From Octopus vulgaris (taxonomy: Eukaryota), in the NCBI GenBank assembly GCA_951406725.2, contig OX597820.1, forward strand, positions 44,764,001-44,828,000: DNA of 64,000 nucleotides. The letters are read 5' to 3'. Position 1 is the first letter of the stretch. Each line of letters opens with the position of its first letter. The notes under the pieces are model-generated. The model saw only the letters and a list, made by a program, of their open reading frames with translations. It was not told the DNA's origin and did not search any database. Positions 13,431-26,866 of the stretch are shown in pieces. The translations under genes and the position numbers were made by a program.

Positions 13431-14864
13431 CCCAAATTAACCTCATTGGGATTTATCTGGTGTAAACTTGAGTATCCCTGTTTAATCATGCCAAATAGAA
13501 AATTGTTATTATTTTACACAACCTAAGGCAGCAACCTAACAGAATCATTATCACACCAGCCAAATGCTTAACAGAATTTCTTCTCACTTTTTACATTCTA
13601 AATTCAAATGCTGTTGAGGTTCAGTTTGCCTTTCAGTTTATTATTATTATTTTTGGCAGGGGTCAATAAAATAAGAACCTGTTGAATGCTGGGTTTGATG
13701 TGATTGACTTACTCCCTCCTCTTAAAATTGCTGACCTTGTGCCAAAATTAGAAAGGATTATTTATACAACGTAAAAATTAAGAGAAAAGTAAACAGAAAC
13801 GTTTTTCAGTTCCAACCATAGCCCACAAGGCTGGGTAAATTTTGAGTTTTGGTGACATTTATCAGAACCACTAAGGGAACCTTTAAAAGATTGCTGGATC
13901 TGCTAGAAATAGCAGTGAAACCTCACTGAAACCGCATGCCTGCTGTCTTAAAAGCAAAAGGAGAAATACATAGGATAATGATAGTTCTGGATATATCTGA
14001 AGATGGGATGATCACATTTGGAAAGCTTTTGATCACAGGTCTGCACAGTCTCACCATGTAATGAAGAAGCAACCGATTGTTTGTCTCAGTAAAATTATTT
14101 TTACTGCTATTTGCTGGTGCCTAGGGGGAAATTATTTTACGAAAATACAGCTAGGGTCCTGATGAATGTCCTCCTAGAATTTGAGCGACATGCGTGATAA
14201 TTTGTGGACGTGCATAAATTACATTTACATACACATCCTGCCTTTTATATATACACAGATATATGAGAGGTACAAATCTTCAAAAGAGGTATACATTAGA
14301 CAATTTCTTACAAACAATGAAAACTTCAGTGAAAATAAAACAGAATTAATTAAATAAATAAGCAATCAACAAATTGGAAAAATAAAAGTGAAAGAAAAGT
14401 TAATTACTTAAATTTTATTATTATTTTTAATCAGTTGCCATAATGTGAATAATTAGAATCCTGTTACTGTTTTGGTTCAAAGGATGATATAATAATAATA
14501 ATTCCCCAAAGTTAGGATTCTCAAGGTTATAAAACAAGGGACTGCAATGAGAAAAGAAAACTTACAGACAAGAAAATAAAAAACCCACAAAAATGGAACA
14601 ATAGTTAGATATTTGACTTCTACAAGTATTTTGTTGCTGTTGGCTGGAATGTACTGAAAATCACATGTGAAAGAATACAATATCAGGAGTGAGTAGATCT
14701 TGCTCGTAATGGTGATGATGATGATGATGATAATAATGGTGATGATAGTATTTAGATAAAATATACATTCACTGGGCCTTAAGCTTTATATACAGCAGAG
14801 GACCTTTGGGATGTTTATTCTATGTTGCAATGGTTTCAAAAAATGGTATGCAATCTCAGTTAAA

Positions 14865-14921
<57 letters not shown>

Positions 14922-15625
14922 TGTGTAAGTGTGTGTGTGTGCGTGCGTGCATGAGCATGTATGTTTGTTGTGCTAAAACTCTTAAGCAGTAATAACTGGA
15001 AAAAGAAAAAAAACTTGTCCAAGCACAAATGCATTAACAGATGATAACAAATGGAAGAAAAGTAGTGAATACTAGAAGAATAATATAAATAATTTAATTT
15101 GGTCAACTGGAACCAAACTGAGTGAACTTATCAATTTCATCAGATGTAATGTATGCCTAATTAAATGGTTGACTGAGGATTCAGGCATATATTATATATA
15201 TGTCAATCAGTTGGTTCCAGTTGACCAAATTAAATTACACACACACAGACACACAATAAATGGGTAAATAAAAGCTTTGCCAAAACCAGAAGAGTTAGAA
15301 GCAATAAGCTTCTGGGAAGTTAAGCATTATGACTGTCCTTCTTCTCTCAGTTGACGTTGTTTTGCTTCAATGTTTCTAAGGTCTGTGAGGGGGAGGATAG
15401 ATGATTTATGTAAAATCATTCCCTCTCATCCTTAAATTTAAGAGTTTTTATCAATGAAAAAATAAATCTAAATTTTATAAGGAAAAAGCAGCCTGATTAC
15501 CAATGATAATTAAAAATTCAGCTTACATATACATACACACATGAAATATATATATATATATATATATATACAAATATACATATGTATGTGTGTGATTATC
15601 TATCTATCTATCTATCTATCTAACT

Positions 15626-15680
<55 letters not shown>

Positions 15681-15705
15681 GGTACTGCAAATTTAGGGTA
15701 AATAC

Positions 15706-15747
<42 letters not shown>

Positions 15748-15838
15748 TTGATAAGTGTAAGCACCTGTATAGGTGAGAGCTGAGAGGCTGACATCCTTTA
15801 TGTTCCGCTTTTGATTTTATTTGATATCTATCTGTCTA

Positions 15839-15895
<57 letters not shown>

Positions 15896-15896
<1 letters not shown>

Positions 15897-16045
15897 CAGA
15901 ACAGTTTGATTCAAATTCTGTCCTACTTAAAGTCTCAAAGTCTCAAAGTCCCCCTATCATCAGGCCAGTGGAAATCCCATGGGAAAACCAGTCAGGATAC
16001 TTTGAAACTTTAAGCAGCATGGAATTTGAATCAAATTGTTCTGAT
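15896..16045. repeat. fold-back element with a decayed hammerhead-like core
   Basis: Arms ~15896-15949 and ~15999-16045; minus strand has CTGATGA...GAGAC TTTAA GTA, right arm has GAAAC TTTAA GCA; adjacent to (TA)n. Confidence 0.55.
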
Positions 16046-18597
16046 CCATACATGTAACTCTCAATAAATGTGTTGAGTGCCCTTTCTCTCGTTTGCCCAC
16101 TCACTTGTAGACATATATAATCTATTAAAATTGCTAAGACAATGGAAGAATTAATAATGTTTTTGTAATATCTTGTTATAATATCTGTTCTGAAAGAAAT
16201 ATTTTGCTTTTGATATGAGAAATATCAAGAGAATCCAATCGAAAAGACAGAGGAAGGGAAAAAATATCAACTGCGAATATCTTCTTTTGGTGTATTCTTT
16301 ATCTTTATTCATTTTTTTTTAGACATTTTTTTCTCAGTGGTGGCAGGGATTTTGAATGGGTTGTTGTTGGGTTTTTTTCTTACTTTTTTTTTTTTTTATC
16401 CAATGCTATGCTAAGATGTTATCATGCATAAATGTGAGAAGGTTTTCTTAGATAGCTAAATTCCATTGTAGAGGACCATTAGAATTTAGTTGTTGCTATC
16501 AATGTATATATATAGGTCTATTTAAAGAAAGAAAGAAAAAACAAAGGAATTACTAGTAATAAAGAAAAGTTAATCCTTTTGTGAACCACAAGAGTTCTCA
16601 GAGTTACTGAAGCTTATCTCTGATTTTTATTACATAAAGTAGATGAGAGACAAAAGTTCTCATCCACACCCAGGCTGGGAGGCTTGTCTATAATGAAGAC
16701 AAGGTAACTTTCCCCAGAAGAGCCTGGTACCTATTCTTCAGGTAGGTAATCTGAGGTAATGTAGAATTAAGTGTCTTGCCCAAAGACACAACAAAACTGA
16801 CTGCAAGAGGGGACATGAACTTCTCGTAATTAATGAGCTAGAAGTCCAATCAGCTAAGCCATTTTGCTTCTACTGTTGAATAATAAGGCCAGTCGTATCT
16901 GTAACTGAATTTATTGATATGATAATATATATAATATCAGTAAATTATATTTTCATAGTATCACTGTCCGGGTATAAAAATAACGGCAATGCAAGGGTTG
17001 GCTAAATTATAGCATACACTTCTGCTTTACATTGCTGCTTATGTTTTCACATCTTTTACTTACACACGGGCAGTGAGACAACTCAGGATTGAGGTATTTG
17101 CTTGGTAAAACACTAGGTTTCCAGTTCAAATCTCAGTAATTTTATCCTGTAATATATTTGCCACCTGACAGACATACTGAATAGTAATGTCTATCAGGTG
17201 GGTCTTGTTAATAAGATAGGAGCTGACATTTGGATTCGACCACCCCAATTTATTTCACGACCAATATGATTCATTGATATTAGGAATCATAAGGAAAATG
17301 GTTCATCAATAAAGTTTATGGTTTGTTTATTTGATTTCATGTCTAATAAGATAGGAAATTAACAGACCAGACAGTAATAATGATGGTAATGATGATGAAT
17401 CTAAAGTGACAGTAGATTATAAAGCTATTTCCCTTCCAAGAAATAATACAACTGTATACAGCAGTTGCTTTTTGGGTTCCACTCTTGAATTTCAAACATC
17501 TTATACATATATTTCATATCGAGAACAGTAATTAAACAATTTAAGAATAATAAATATATAATAATTCTTTCAAATTTTGGTACAGCAATTTTGAGGGGGA
17601 GAAGTTGAATAGATAAACCCCAGTGCTTAACTGGTACTTATTTTATTGATCTCAACGCAATATTTGAACTCAGAAAATAAAGTCGGAATAATAATTATAT
17701 TTGAAAATTTTCTAAAGTGGTGAGAACAGAAATGAGAGAAATTATTTTATAAATTTATAGGAAAGCGAAGTTGCTACTATATAATTTAAGAACATACTCA
17801 AATGTTTATAAGATGCCTAGCTTGACCTATCAACCACTATTTTTGTGCTAGAAAGAAGAAAGTGTTAATGACATCAATATATACTTATCTTTGTCTATTG
17901 AAACTGAGATTTGTTTTGTTTTGTTTTTCTTTTTTTGGTGGGTGGGGTTTACAGAATTTTAAATGACACACTTACAGATTTTTTATCTCATAAAACTAAG
18001 TCAGTCTTCTCTAGTGTAGAAATATCAGAGGGTTTATCAGTAAAAGTTTTTAAAATATAACAATACTAAAAATAAACGAAAACAAATCAAGGGGATAGAT
18101 ACTAGATTTGATTAGATGAGAAAGAGAAAGAGAGTGTTATGGTATCAATAATTAAGTGTGAGAAGATAGAATGTTGGAAGTAAAATAAATGAAGAACAAT
18201 AAGAGAAATGAAGATTGGTAAATGAGAATGTGAATGGTAAAAGAAGAGAGAGACAGTGGAAATACTTGAGTTGTAAACTTGTAAGAGATGGCAAAACAAA
18301 GAGAGACAAAACAGGAAGATATATAGACTTTAAGGAAACCAGACCAGCTTTCTGAGGGAGAGAGAGAAAGGTGGGGAGAGGAAAAAGATCTGGGTTTAAA
18401 TGATTTCATTTTGTGTATGTGAGTGACACTGAAATAGCAGAAAAGCAAGATCATGTGGAATAACTCAGATGAAATTTCATCATTCTTAATAATAATGTAT
18501 CCATAAAAAAAAAAAATGAATCTCACACACACACACACATGCATGCATACATACAGACACCCACACATACATACCATGATAATAATGAAAACAATTT

Positions 18598-18669
18598 TTT
18601 TGGATATACATTTGATTTCAAGCATTTATGGTTACACATAAATGCTTGAAATCAAATGTATATCCAAAA
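18598..18669. repeat. perfect 33-bp inverted repeat with 6-nt loop
   Basis: TTTTGGATATACATTTGATTTCAAGCATTTATG-GTTACA-exact reverse complement. Confidence 0.95.
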
Positions 18670-19144
18670 CTACAAATAAGTGAAATAGATTTACAAGTGA
18701 TTTTTGAAAATTTTTCCTGTTTTTGTTTTGCGTGGCATGAAGTGTGTGTGTAGGTTATAAAGAGAGTATTATTTTGAAATATCTAAAATATTAACATTGT
18801 TCTAGTTACAAGATTAATATTTTTTAAAATTGTTTTTCAAAATCATACCGGCATACAAAGAGGGAGAAAAAAAAATTAAATTATGATGAAAATTGTAATA
18901 AATAATGTTGGGAAGAAAAGTAATAAAATGTAAATTAAGAGCAAGTTTAAAATTTGCAATGGAAAATAGAGCGGGGAAAAATTAAATAAAAAAAAAGAAT
19001 TTAAACCTAAAAAATAAATTAATAAAAATAGTAAAAGCAAATTTGAAATTAATTCATATACAATTGAAAAGTATTGCAGTTAGCAGCTGCTGGGAAATCT
19101 CTCACTTCATGTGCATGTTGTACACACACACATACATACATACG

Positions 19145-19184
<40 letters not shown>

Positions 19185-19270
19185 AAGTCTAATCACTTTT
19201 GTTTGATCTCTTTCAGAATTTACCTTTTGACTTAAAGCAGAGAACAAAAAACAAAAAACAACAACCAAAG

Positions 19271-19307
<37 letters not shown>

Positions 19308-19369
19308 TGTATATGCATGTATGTATGTGTGTGTGTGTGTATATTTATTTGTTTTAAAGTTTTGCAAGA

Positions 19370-21819
19370 TTATGATACTGATTTCTTTGGTCGCCAACCA
19401 TTAACAAAATCAATGATCTTTTTGACTTCCAAAGTATTTAGTTCTGGGAACCCATCTTGCAGTAATTTCCAATCCAGAGAAGCTAACATTTGTCCATCAA
19501 TCTGTTCGTTTGCAAATCTTTTCACCACTCTGTCCTTCATGCCAATGTAACGCAGAGAACGAGAAACGTCTTGCACAGAAAGGCTACTAATATTGTCAGG
19601 TGGAAGCCATCCATCGTCATTAAAAACATCTGTGTAGTCTGTATAGCTGAAATCACTCCCTGCCTGATAACCATAGTCACCTTTTGAACAGAGAGATATA
19701 GCTGAGTCGTCACCATGTTTGGCACAGTTGTCACTAAGTCCTGTTACAGACACAGATCGGACAAAATAACGATTGCCTGGATCACTCTCAGAGTATGGAT
19801 TGTGGTTTGGCTGGTTGTTACCAACTTCAAAATAGTCATATGGTTGTTGATATCCTTTGACATCATAATGGTCATGTGGATAACATTCTTCAGTCGGGGA
19901 ACAGCTGGAACCAAATGATGCGGGTCTCATTTCTTGGAAGGAATCAGTAAAATGAAACATTTCTATCGCACTCTTCAGCCGTCTCATATTGTGGTGCCGT
20001 AAAGTTAAATTGGGATCCATTGTGTGAGAGCCGCGCTGAAGTTCTGCAGAATAGTGTGGGCAGTTCATCAGGTTCGGATTCTGATGACACTGACAGATTT
20101 TCTGGACATTGTTTTGTCTTTGGAAACGACTCCGTGAAGAACTATGTTCTGTTGCAGCAGAATTCCTGCGAGAGCATGGAGTAGTTGGAGGAGGCTTGTG
20201 GGAGATTCGGTTCAGATTGGAAGTTGATACTGATGTTTCATTCAATAACTTTCTATCAAGACTGGCACTATGTTGAAAAGCAGGTTTGTATCCATTTCTA
20301 GGTCTTCCACAGTTAGCATATGTTGTATCTTTGTAAAATTTAGGGATAAAGTTTGGCTGAAACACATCTCGAGATTGTGATACCACAATTGGATTTGTCA
20401 AGTTATGTTTCTGTGTTTTCTTTCTTTGCAAATGGGAAGGTACCATATAGCCATCTTCTTCATTTTCTACTAAACTCATCACATTTTCTTTAGAATTAAA
20501 ATCAAGTTTTGGTTTTGTGAGGGAGGGGGACTTTGGTGGTGGGTTTGGTGCTTCTGGTAGATGCTCGTACAAAGTGTCAGTTGAAGACATGGACAATTTA
20601 CCATCTTCATCTACTATAGTTCCAGTTTCACTGTCATCTTTATCTAAAGGCACAGGAGGCAAGTCACGTTTCATCATTGATGGCTTCTTGCAGATTTTGG
20701 CATATTGACTCTCAAATGGATCGATCAGAGAAGATTCTGGTGAACATAAAGGGGGACCCGTTGGTGTAATAGTAGATGTTGAAGACTGTGATGATATTGA
20801 TCCATCAGCAACATTATTCTCAGGTTCAGACTTGTTCTCAGACTCTTGACTATTATTCTTCTTGGCACATTTATTAGCCTCTTCTGTATAAGTAGAGTAG
20901 AATGCATCAAAAGGCATCTCAGCTTTACATAATCGAGATGAAAATACACCTTCTTCTTGGAGAGCTTTAAATGCTGCTCTTTCCTTTTTCGTCTTACGAG
21001 CACCAAATCTTTCAATGAAACCTGCTGCTTTTGGTTTCTTGGTGTCTTTTGTAGGAACACGAAGTGGTAAATCAACTTTTGGTTTTTGGTCGGTTTTACT
21101 GGAGAAAAATGGTGTTCTATTAAGAGTTTTAGGTGCATAATTTGGAAGAACCAGGCTGCGAGTAGAAAGTTTTCTTACAAGTGGAGATTTTGGGGCTATA
21201 TCTCTGATATAACGCAAATCTTCATCTAGAGGAAGTTCAAATGTATCCTTTTGATCAAGGCGTTTTGATGCGACAACACAATCATCTTCATCAAGAGTTT
21301 TTAATTTTAACACCCCATGTGGTACATAATGTTTCTGATTGGATTCTGCATGTACTAACTGAGCTTTCACAGGAAGATCAAAAGCTTTTGTTAAATCTTT
21401 TAGTTCATAGACAGCATCATAATTCTTCTTATTTGGGTCTCCGACAGGGCTAAATACACCTGTCATAATCAAAGGGATCATAACCTCATGACCTTGTCCA
21501 TCAAAGCACTGAAGATATTTCAAGTCTTGATCTTTCTTTGTATTAATGGTACGGTACTTTAGGAATCTTTTAAATAAGTTTTTCATGTTAGTAGAAAGAC
21601 AAGTCTTGCGATGATCCATATAAACCATTCCGGTACTTAGTACTTCACCTGGAAAAATCTCTCTTGGTACCCAGGATACAGAGCCGTTTTCTTCTCCTAA
21701 CTCGTATCCAACTGTAGATGTACGCACCAGAAATTTCTTGGGTTTGATGGCAGTGATTCCTTGTATTGAGTCAAAATATTCTACAGGTCGTCCATCGTCT
21801 GGAATCACTTCGAACCAAC
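19370..21819 (-). CDS. GAREM-like adaptor (CABIT domain, proline/tyrosine-rich linker, C-terminal SAM domain), large terminal exon
   Basis: Open 816-codon frame after a polyT-TAG acceptor (phase 1). Start GWFEVIPDDGRPVEYFDS...LQCFD...IPL...GVF...LPVKAQLV fits the CABIT pattern. End WLPPDNISSLSVQDVSRSLRYIGM...QIDGQML...KKIIDFVNGWRPK closely matches the recalled GAREM1 SAM tail. Confidence 0.88.
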
Positions 21820-21904
21820 CTAAAAAAAAAAAAATATATATGTACATATAAAATTAACAATAAAACCGATTTGTAAAAATTTCATTTGTAAATTTAAAGC
21901 TTTT

Positions 21905-22235
21905 TCAATACAACGTTTTGGCTGATATACCTTCCAGCCTTCATTAGGTGTCATGGGGAAATTTGGAACCTGGGTTCTCATTCCTAAGGTATTTTTCGCT
22001 ATCATTATTATTCAAGTCACTGCCTGGAATCGAACTCGGAATTCTTGGGGTTAAGATCGAGGGCTACTAACACCAAGGTTCCAAGTTCGATTCCAAGCAG
22101 TGACCTGAATAATAGTAATAATGATGATGATGATAATAGTGAAAAATACCTTAGGAATGAGAACCCAGGTTCGAAATTTCCCCAAGGCACCTGATGAAGG
22201 CTGGAGGGTATATCAGCTGAAACGTTTAGCAATAA
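21905..22235. mobile_element. head-to-head pair of tRNA-headed elements, each ending in a hammerhead-like motif
   Basis: B-boxes GTTCGATTCC at 22085-22094 (+) and 22026-22035 (-); CTGATGA-A-GGCTG...CAGCT-GAAAC-GTT at 22191-22226; mirrored decayed copy at 21908-21951. Confidence 0.75.
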
Positions 22236-22376
22236 ACAAAATGAATGTAAATAATGTATTTTCCCCATAGTTCTGTTAGTCCATTTCAGAGTGTCAGGTG
22301 TCTGTGTACACACACACACGCATGTATGCGGGCACAGAAAGAGAGAGCAAGGGAGAGAGAGACATACACATACTCT

Positions 22377-22745
22377 TTACTCTCTTTTACTTGTTCCAAT
22401 CATTTGACTGCGGCCATGCTGGAGCACCACCTTTAGTCGAGCAAATTGACCCCAGGACTTATTCTTTGTAAGCCTAGTACTTATTCTATCGGTGACTTTT
22501 GTCGAACCGCTAAGTTACTGGGACATAAACACACCGCCATCGGTTGTCAAGCGAAGTTGGGGGGACAAACACAAACACACATATATATATACGACGGGCT
22601 TCTTTCAGTTTCCCTCTGCCAAATCCACTCACAGAATTTAGTCAGCCCGAGGCTATAGTAGAAGACACTTGCCTAAGGTGCCATGCAGTGGGACTGAATC
22701 CGGAACCATGTGGTTGGTAAGCAAGCTACTTACCACACAGCCACA
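22377..22745 (-). mobile_element. family-B tRNA-derived SINE (others ~27070-27425, 27565-27960, 31000-31385, 49940-50315, 59557-59950)
   Basis: Head TGGCTGTGTGGTAAG...GGATTCAGTCCC, core CACCTT(A/G)GGCAAGTGTCTT, internal (TG)n, tail GTAAAAGAG. Confidence 0.85.
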
Positions 22746-25700
22746 GAGAAGGGAGACATACAGACAGACATTTACTGTTAGAACCTGAAGCTTCATTCCG
22801 TTGCTATTCTGAGCTTCTCACATAGTGATCCTTTGGACAAGAGAACTGGAATAGGAAGAGAATGAAACTCAAGCACATGGATTGCAATACTCTTAATTTC
22901 TTTATCAATCATGCTATGCCCCACCACACACACACGTTTTTTGTGAGTGCGTTTCTGTGAGTGTGTGTGTGTGTGCACATGAGTGCATATGTGAGCACAT
23001 GTGTGGCACGTAAAAAGCACCAACCGATCGTGGACGCTGCCAGCATCCCCTGGCACCTGTGCCAGTGGCACATAAAAAGCACCCACTACACTAACGGAGT
23101 GGTTGGCGTTAGGAAGGGCATCCAGCTGTAGAAACTCTGCTAGATCAGACTGGAGCCTGGTGCAGCCTCCTGGCTTTCCAGACCCCGGTCGAACCTTCCA
23201 ACCCATGCTAGCATGGAAAACGGACGTTAAACGATGATGATGATGATGATGTGTGTGTGTGTGTGTGTGTGTGTGTTGTGTGTGCTTGTGTGTGAGTGTG
23301 TGTTGGTGTGTGTGTTGCGTAAGTGTATATGTGAGCATGTCTCTGTGTGTGTGCATGTGTGTGTGTAAGAGAGCATGTGTGGGTGTGTGTAAGAGAGCAT
23401 GTGTCTGTGTGTGCATGTGTGTAGATGCAGGCACTGTGGAATAATTTTAAAAATTCACTTATGTTCAATGAGTCTTTCCGACTATACCAAGTCACTTTAA
23501 TGTTTGTCAGTAAAACTAAGTAATTCAAGAGTCAACCTGGTGATACAAGATTTTGCAGATTCTGCCTGAGAATTAGAGTAGATTTCTGTGGAACACTCAG
23601 ACACTTATATAATAACATAATGAGCAGGTAGGTTATTTAATTGAACAATCTCAACATTCCTTGTTGAAAATTAAGTGAGATTTTGAATGAGAAATGAAAA
23701 TGGAGTAAGAAAGAGAAAAGGAAAAAAAAAAAACGAAAACAAAAAATAAATTGTTTTCTAAAATCTTTACATTTCTTCTTTCTTTCTTTCTTTTATTTAG
23801 TTTTTTTGTTGAGAAAATAATTCCTGATATCAGACAGAAATAAAGAGAAAGTTAGCATTTGCCAACACGTACAGAATAGAATGACAGCGTGTCACATTGT
23901 CACAAGATAATTACAGCAACAATTAGTCAGAAGAGAGGGGGAAAAAAAAGTAAAAATATCAAATTTTTGAAATTTTTAAAAATTTAACATTGTCAACATG
24001 AACAATGTGATAGTAAAAAATCTCAGCAGCTAGTGTTAGAAGTTGAACATTTATAATTAGTAAGTGTGGTTCATTACTAAATGTAGTATAAAGACTCCAC
24101 TGCATTCAACTGTCAGTGAAACAACACTTTCAGTTCTTCAGTTCAAGGACCAAAATTGCTAGATTTGTAACTCCACAAAGCAATTAAACTTGGTGGTATT
24201 TAGATGACATATATGCTATCTCAAAACTATGGTACATAGATAACACTTCACTTGGAGGCAATCTGCAATCTATCCTGATAGTCAAAAAAATCATTTGTAG
24301 AAAGGTGCCTAAAATTGAACAAGTGTGAGTTAGTAGTGACTCATCACTCACTTAAAGGATAACTGTCTTTCCTTCAACATCTGTATTGAATCTTTAAAAT
24401 ACCTATCTCAGTCTGTCTCTGGTCAAACACATGCCAGAATCAGCCACCAAGAAGAAAACTGATACTTTTTCAAAACTCATCAAAACCGTGACAAATCAAA
24501 AAGCTGAGAAGTGATAGAACCCATCAATAGTTTTGCATTTTTTAAATACTAAAACATCATCTATCACTGACCAGATTGACGTATCTTTTAAGATCTACTG
24601 CCAAAGAGCTATACAAATTTTGACACTTAAATTCTCTTTCTTTTTAAATCAAGTCTAACAAATATTAAACTCTTTGATACCACATAGCTACAGGCCACCA
24701 TTATCCTAGGCTTCAGAGAGCAAGGCTTATATTCCATAGAATGTTTGTCCCTTTCATGCTTTTCTATCCTCCATTCATACAACACTTCTCCTCATACAAA
24801 CAAAACATACAAATTTATGAACAGAAAACCGAGTTCTTAATCTTTTTTGTATTCCCAATTGTGTCCATTTAATGTCACTTAGATCACAAACATTCTTGGA
24901 TAAAGCCAGTATTGGATTAAAGTGTGGACTTTTAGTATTACAACCCAGAGGCCTCTGCAAGCAAGAGAACCTCTAGAAATTAAGAGTAAAATTATTTAAT
25001 TTGTGAATGTAGAATCAATGTGTTAGCGTTCTAAATTATTTTTTAAACCTCTTGAAGCTCTATTCTGTTTAAATACAACGCCTTTGTTTCAATTAATTTT
25101 TAAAATAATAAAGAATTTAGTAAAGTAACCTTACTAAATTATTGTTATTATTAAGATGGTATCTCAAAATTAAATTAATGAGACATTATGATGGAAAGTT
25201 TTAATTTAGATCAATCTAAAACAGGAAGTTTGATTCAAAGATCTAGGGGCAATCTTGGACAGGTGGTTATTAAAAGGGTGAAAATAGGTTTGCTTTAGAC
25301 ACTCTGAAGGGCAATTTGATGGATTTCGGTACAAACATGAAATACTGAAAGCTTCTTATATCTACAGTCCTGTAGTAAGACTAAATAAACTCCATTCCAT
25401 AAAGTTGAAATAACTCTGAATTTATCTATGTTCAATGACTGAGAGGGAATTTTCTCCAAGATGAAATGTTTGTTTGTAAATAGATTAACCAGACTTACTC
25501 TTATGATAATTGAAAACAATGTTCTCAACATGCAAATGTTTGAATTACAATTGTGGTTAACAAAGTAAAAATATATAAAATATTTCCTTAGCTATTCTTT
25601 CTGTTTGAAAATTTCACGGCGGGGCTGTACAGTATTTGTAACCTGGAGGTTTACAAAATCTTAATCTGACTCTGGATAAAGTAAATTAATACCCTTTATC

Positions 25701-26645
25701 TCCTATTTTCCTCTATTCTGAATTCTTTAGATTTCGTAAAGAATACTAATATTCTTTAGAAACATTAGTAACAACCAATTCCTTTCTTAGACACAAGACT
25801 AATTTCGTAAGAGAAAAGACAGTCAAATTTCTAACACAGACTCTTGACAGATGACAGGCAAAATTGTAATCAGAAGACAGAACAAAATTAACCCTAGCAA
25901 AGCACTGAGTCAATTATTTGCTGTATGTCTATTATCTTACACCTTCATGAGAACTATTAAATAGTAAGATACCTCTCTGATTTGATAATACAGATGTTGT
26001 GCTATTTTTCAAACAGTAATTAACATATCTAGGCTACAGACACTATGCACATACCCACACACAACCAGAGCAATGCACATGCACTTATTCATGCACATTT
26101 TCACCAATCTTCCACACACAGCCAGACCAATGCACAAATACACACACACACCTTTCACCTCTCCACACATTACAACCAGAGCAATGTATGTACATACAAA
26201 CACATACACCCATTCACACACACACACATGCGCACAACCAGAGCATTGTACATACACAAACATCTATTCACACACCTGTGCACACACACACACATACAAA
26301 GTAATGAACACACACACACCACACACACATGCACTAGTGCTGTACTTACATATACTCATGTGCACATGCACACACACACACTAAATATGGTGAACACAGG
26401 TAAATTTCTCCTTTAGTTTCTCTCTAGGTAAATATTGTAAATGCTGTTTAGGTAGCTGGTCATGTATACACAAAAGAAGTGTAAAAACACAAAAACAACA
26501 CATTTCAGTAACAACAAGGACAACTGTCACTACACAGAGATAACCTATTGACTCTTAATAGAATATAACACGCCTTCTTTCATGAAGCACAAACTCAGAG
26601 CTTGTGGTATTGGATATTTTTCCCTTTGCTGTGACTGTTTATTAA

Positions 26646-26866
26646 CCCTTTAGCATTTAAACTGGCCATATCTGGCCAAAAGTATTCTGCCTGTTTTATG
26701 GTCAAACTGGCCAGATCTGGTCTCTCACACCAACCCTACAATATCATCTTAAAAATGAACAGCTACCTCATCAAATTCTCATAGCTACAAGATAATGCAT
26801 GATTAGTTCAAAACAAAGTGGATGGAAAAGCATTAATTTTGGCAGAATAATGCGAACACTAAAGGG
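26646..26866. mobile_element. piggyBac-type MITE (same family as 61832-62051, opposite orientation)
   Basis: TTAA-CCCTTTAG ... CTAAAGGG-TTAA. Confidence 0.85.

Noticed and set aside
15693-15698. Telomeric TTAGGG
   Set aside because: Single unit, expected by chance.
19490-21453. Short ORFs overlapping the GAREM-like exon in other frames or strands
   Set aside because: Shadow ORFs of a real coding exon with no recognisable motifs.
22061-22100. tRNA gene (and similar A/B-box hits at 37720 and 59139)
   Set aside because: No complete cloverleaf or acceptor stem; these are SINE heads.
22793-23528. His/Thr- or Cys/Val-rich ORFs (also 14786-15106, 26009-26416, 40352-40650, 56190-56532, 57133-57554)
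   Set aside because: Translations of (CA)n, (TG)n and (TA)n microsatellites fused to repeat sequence.
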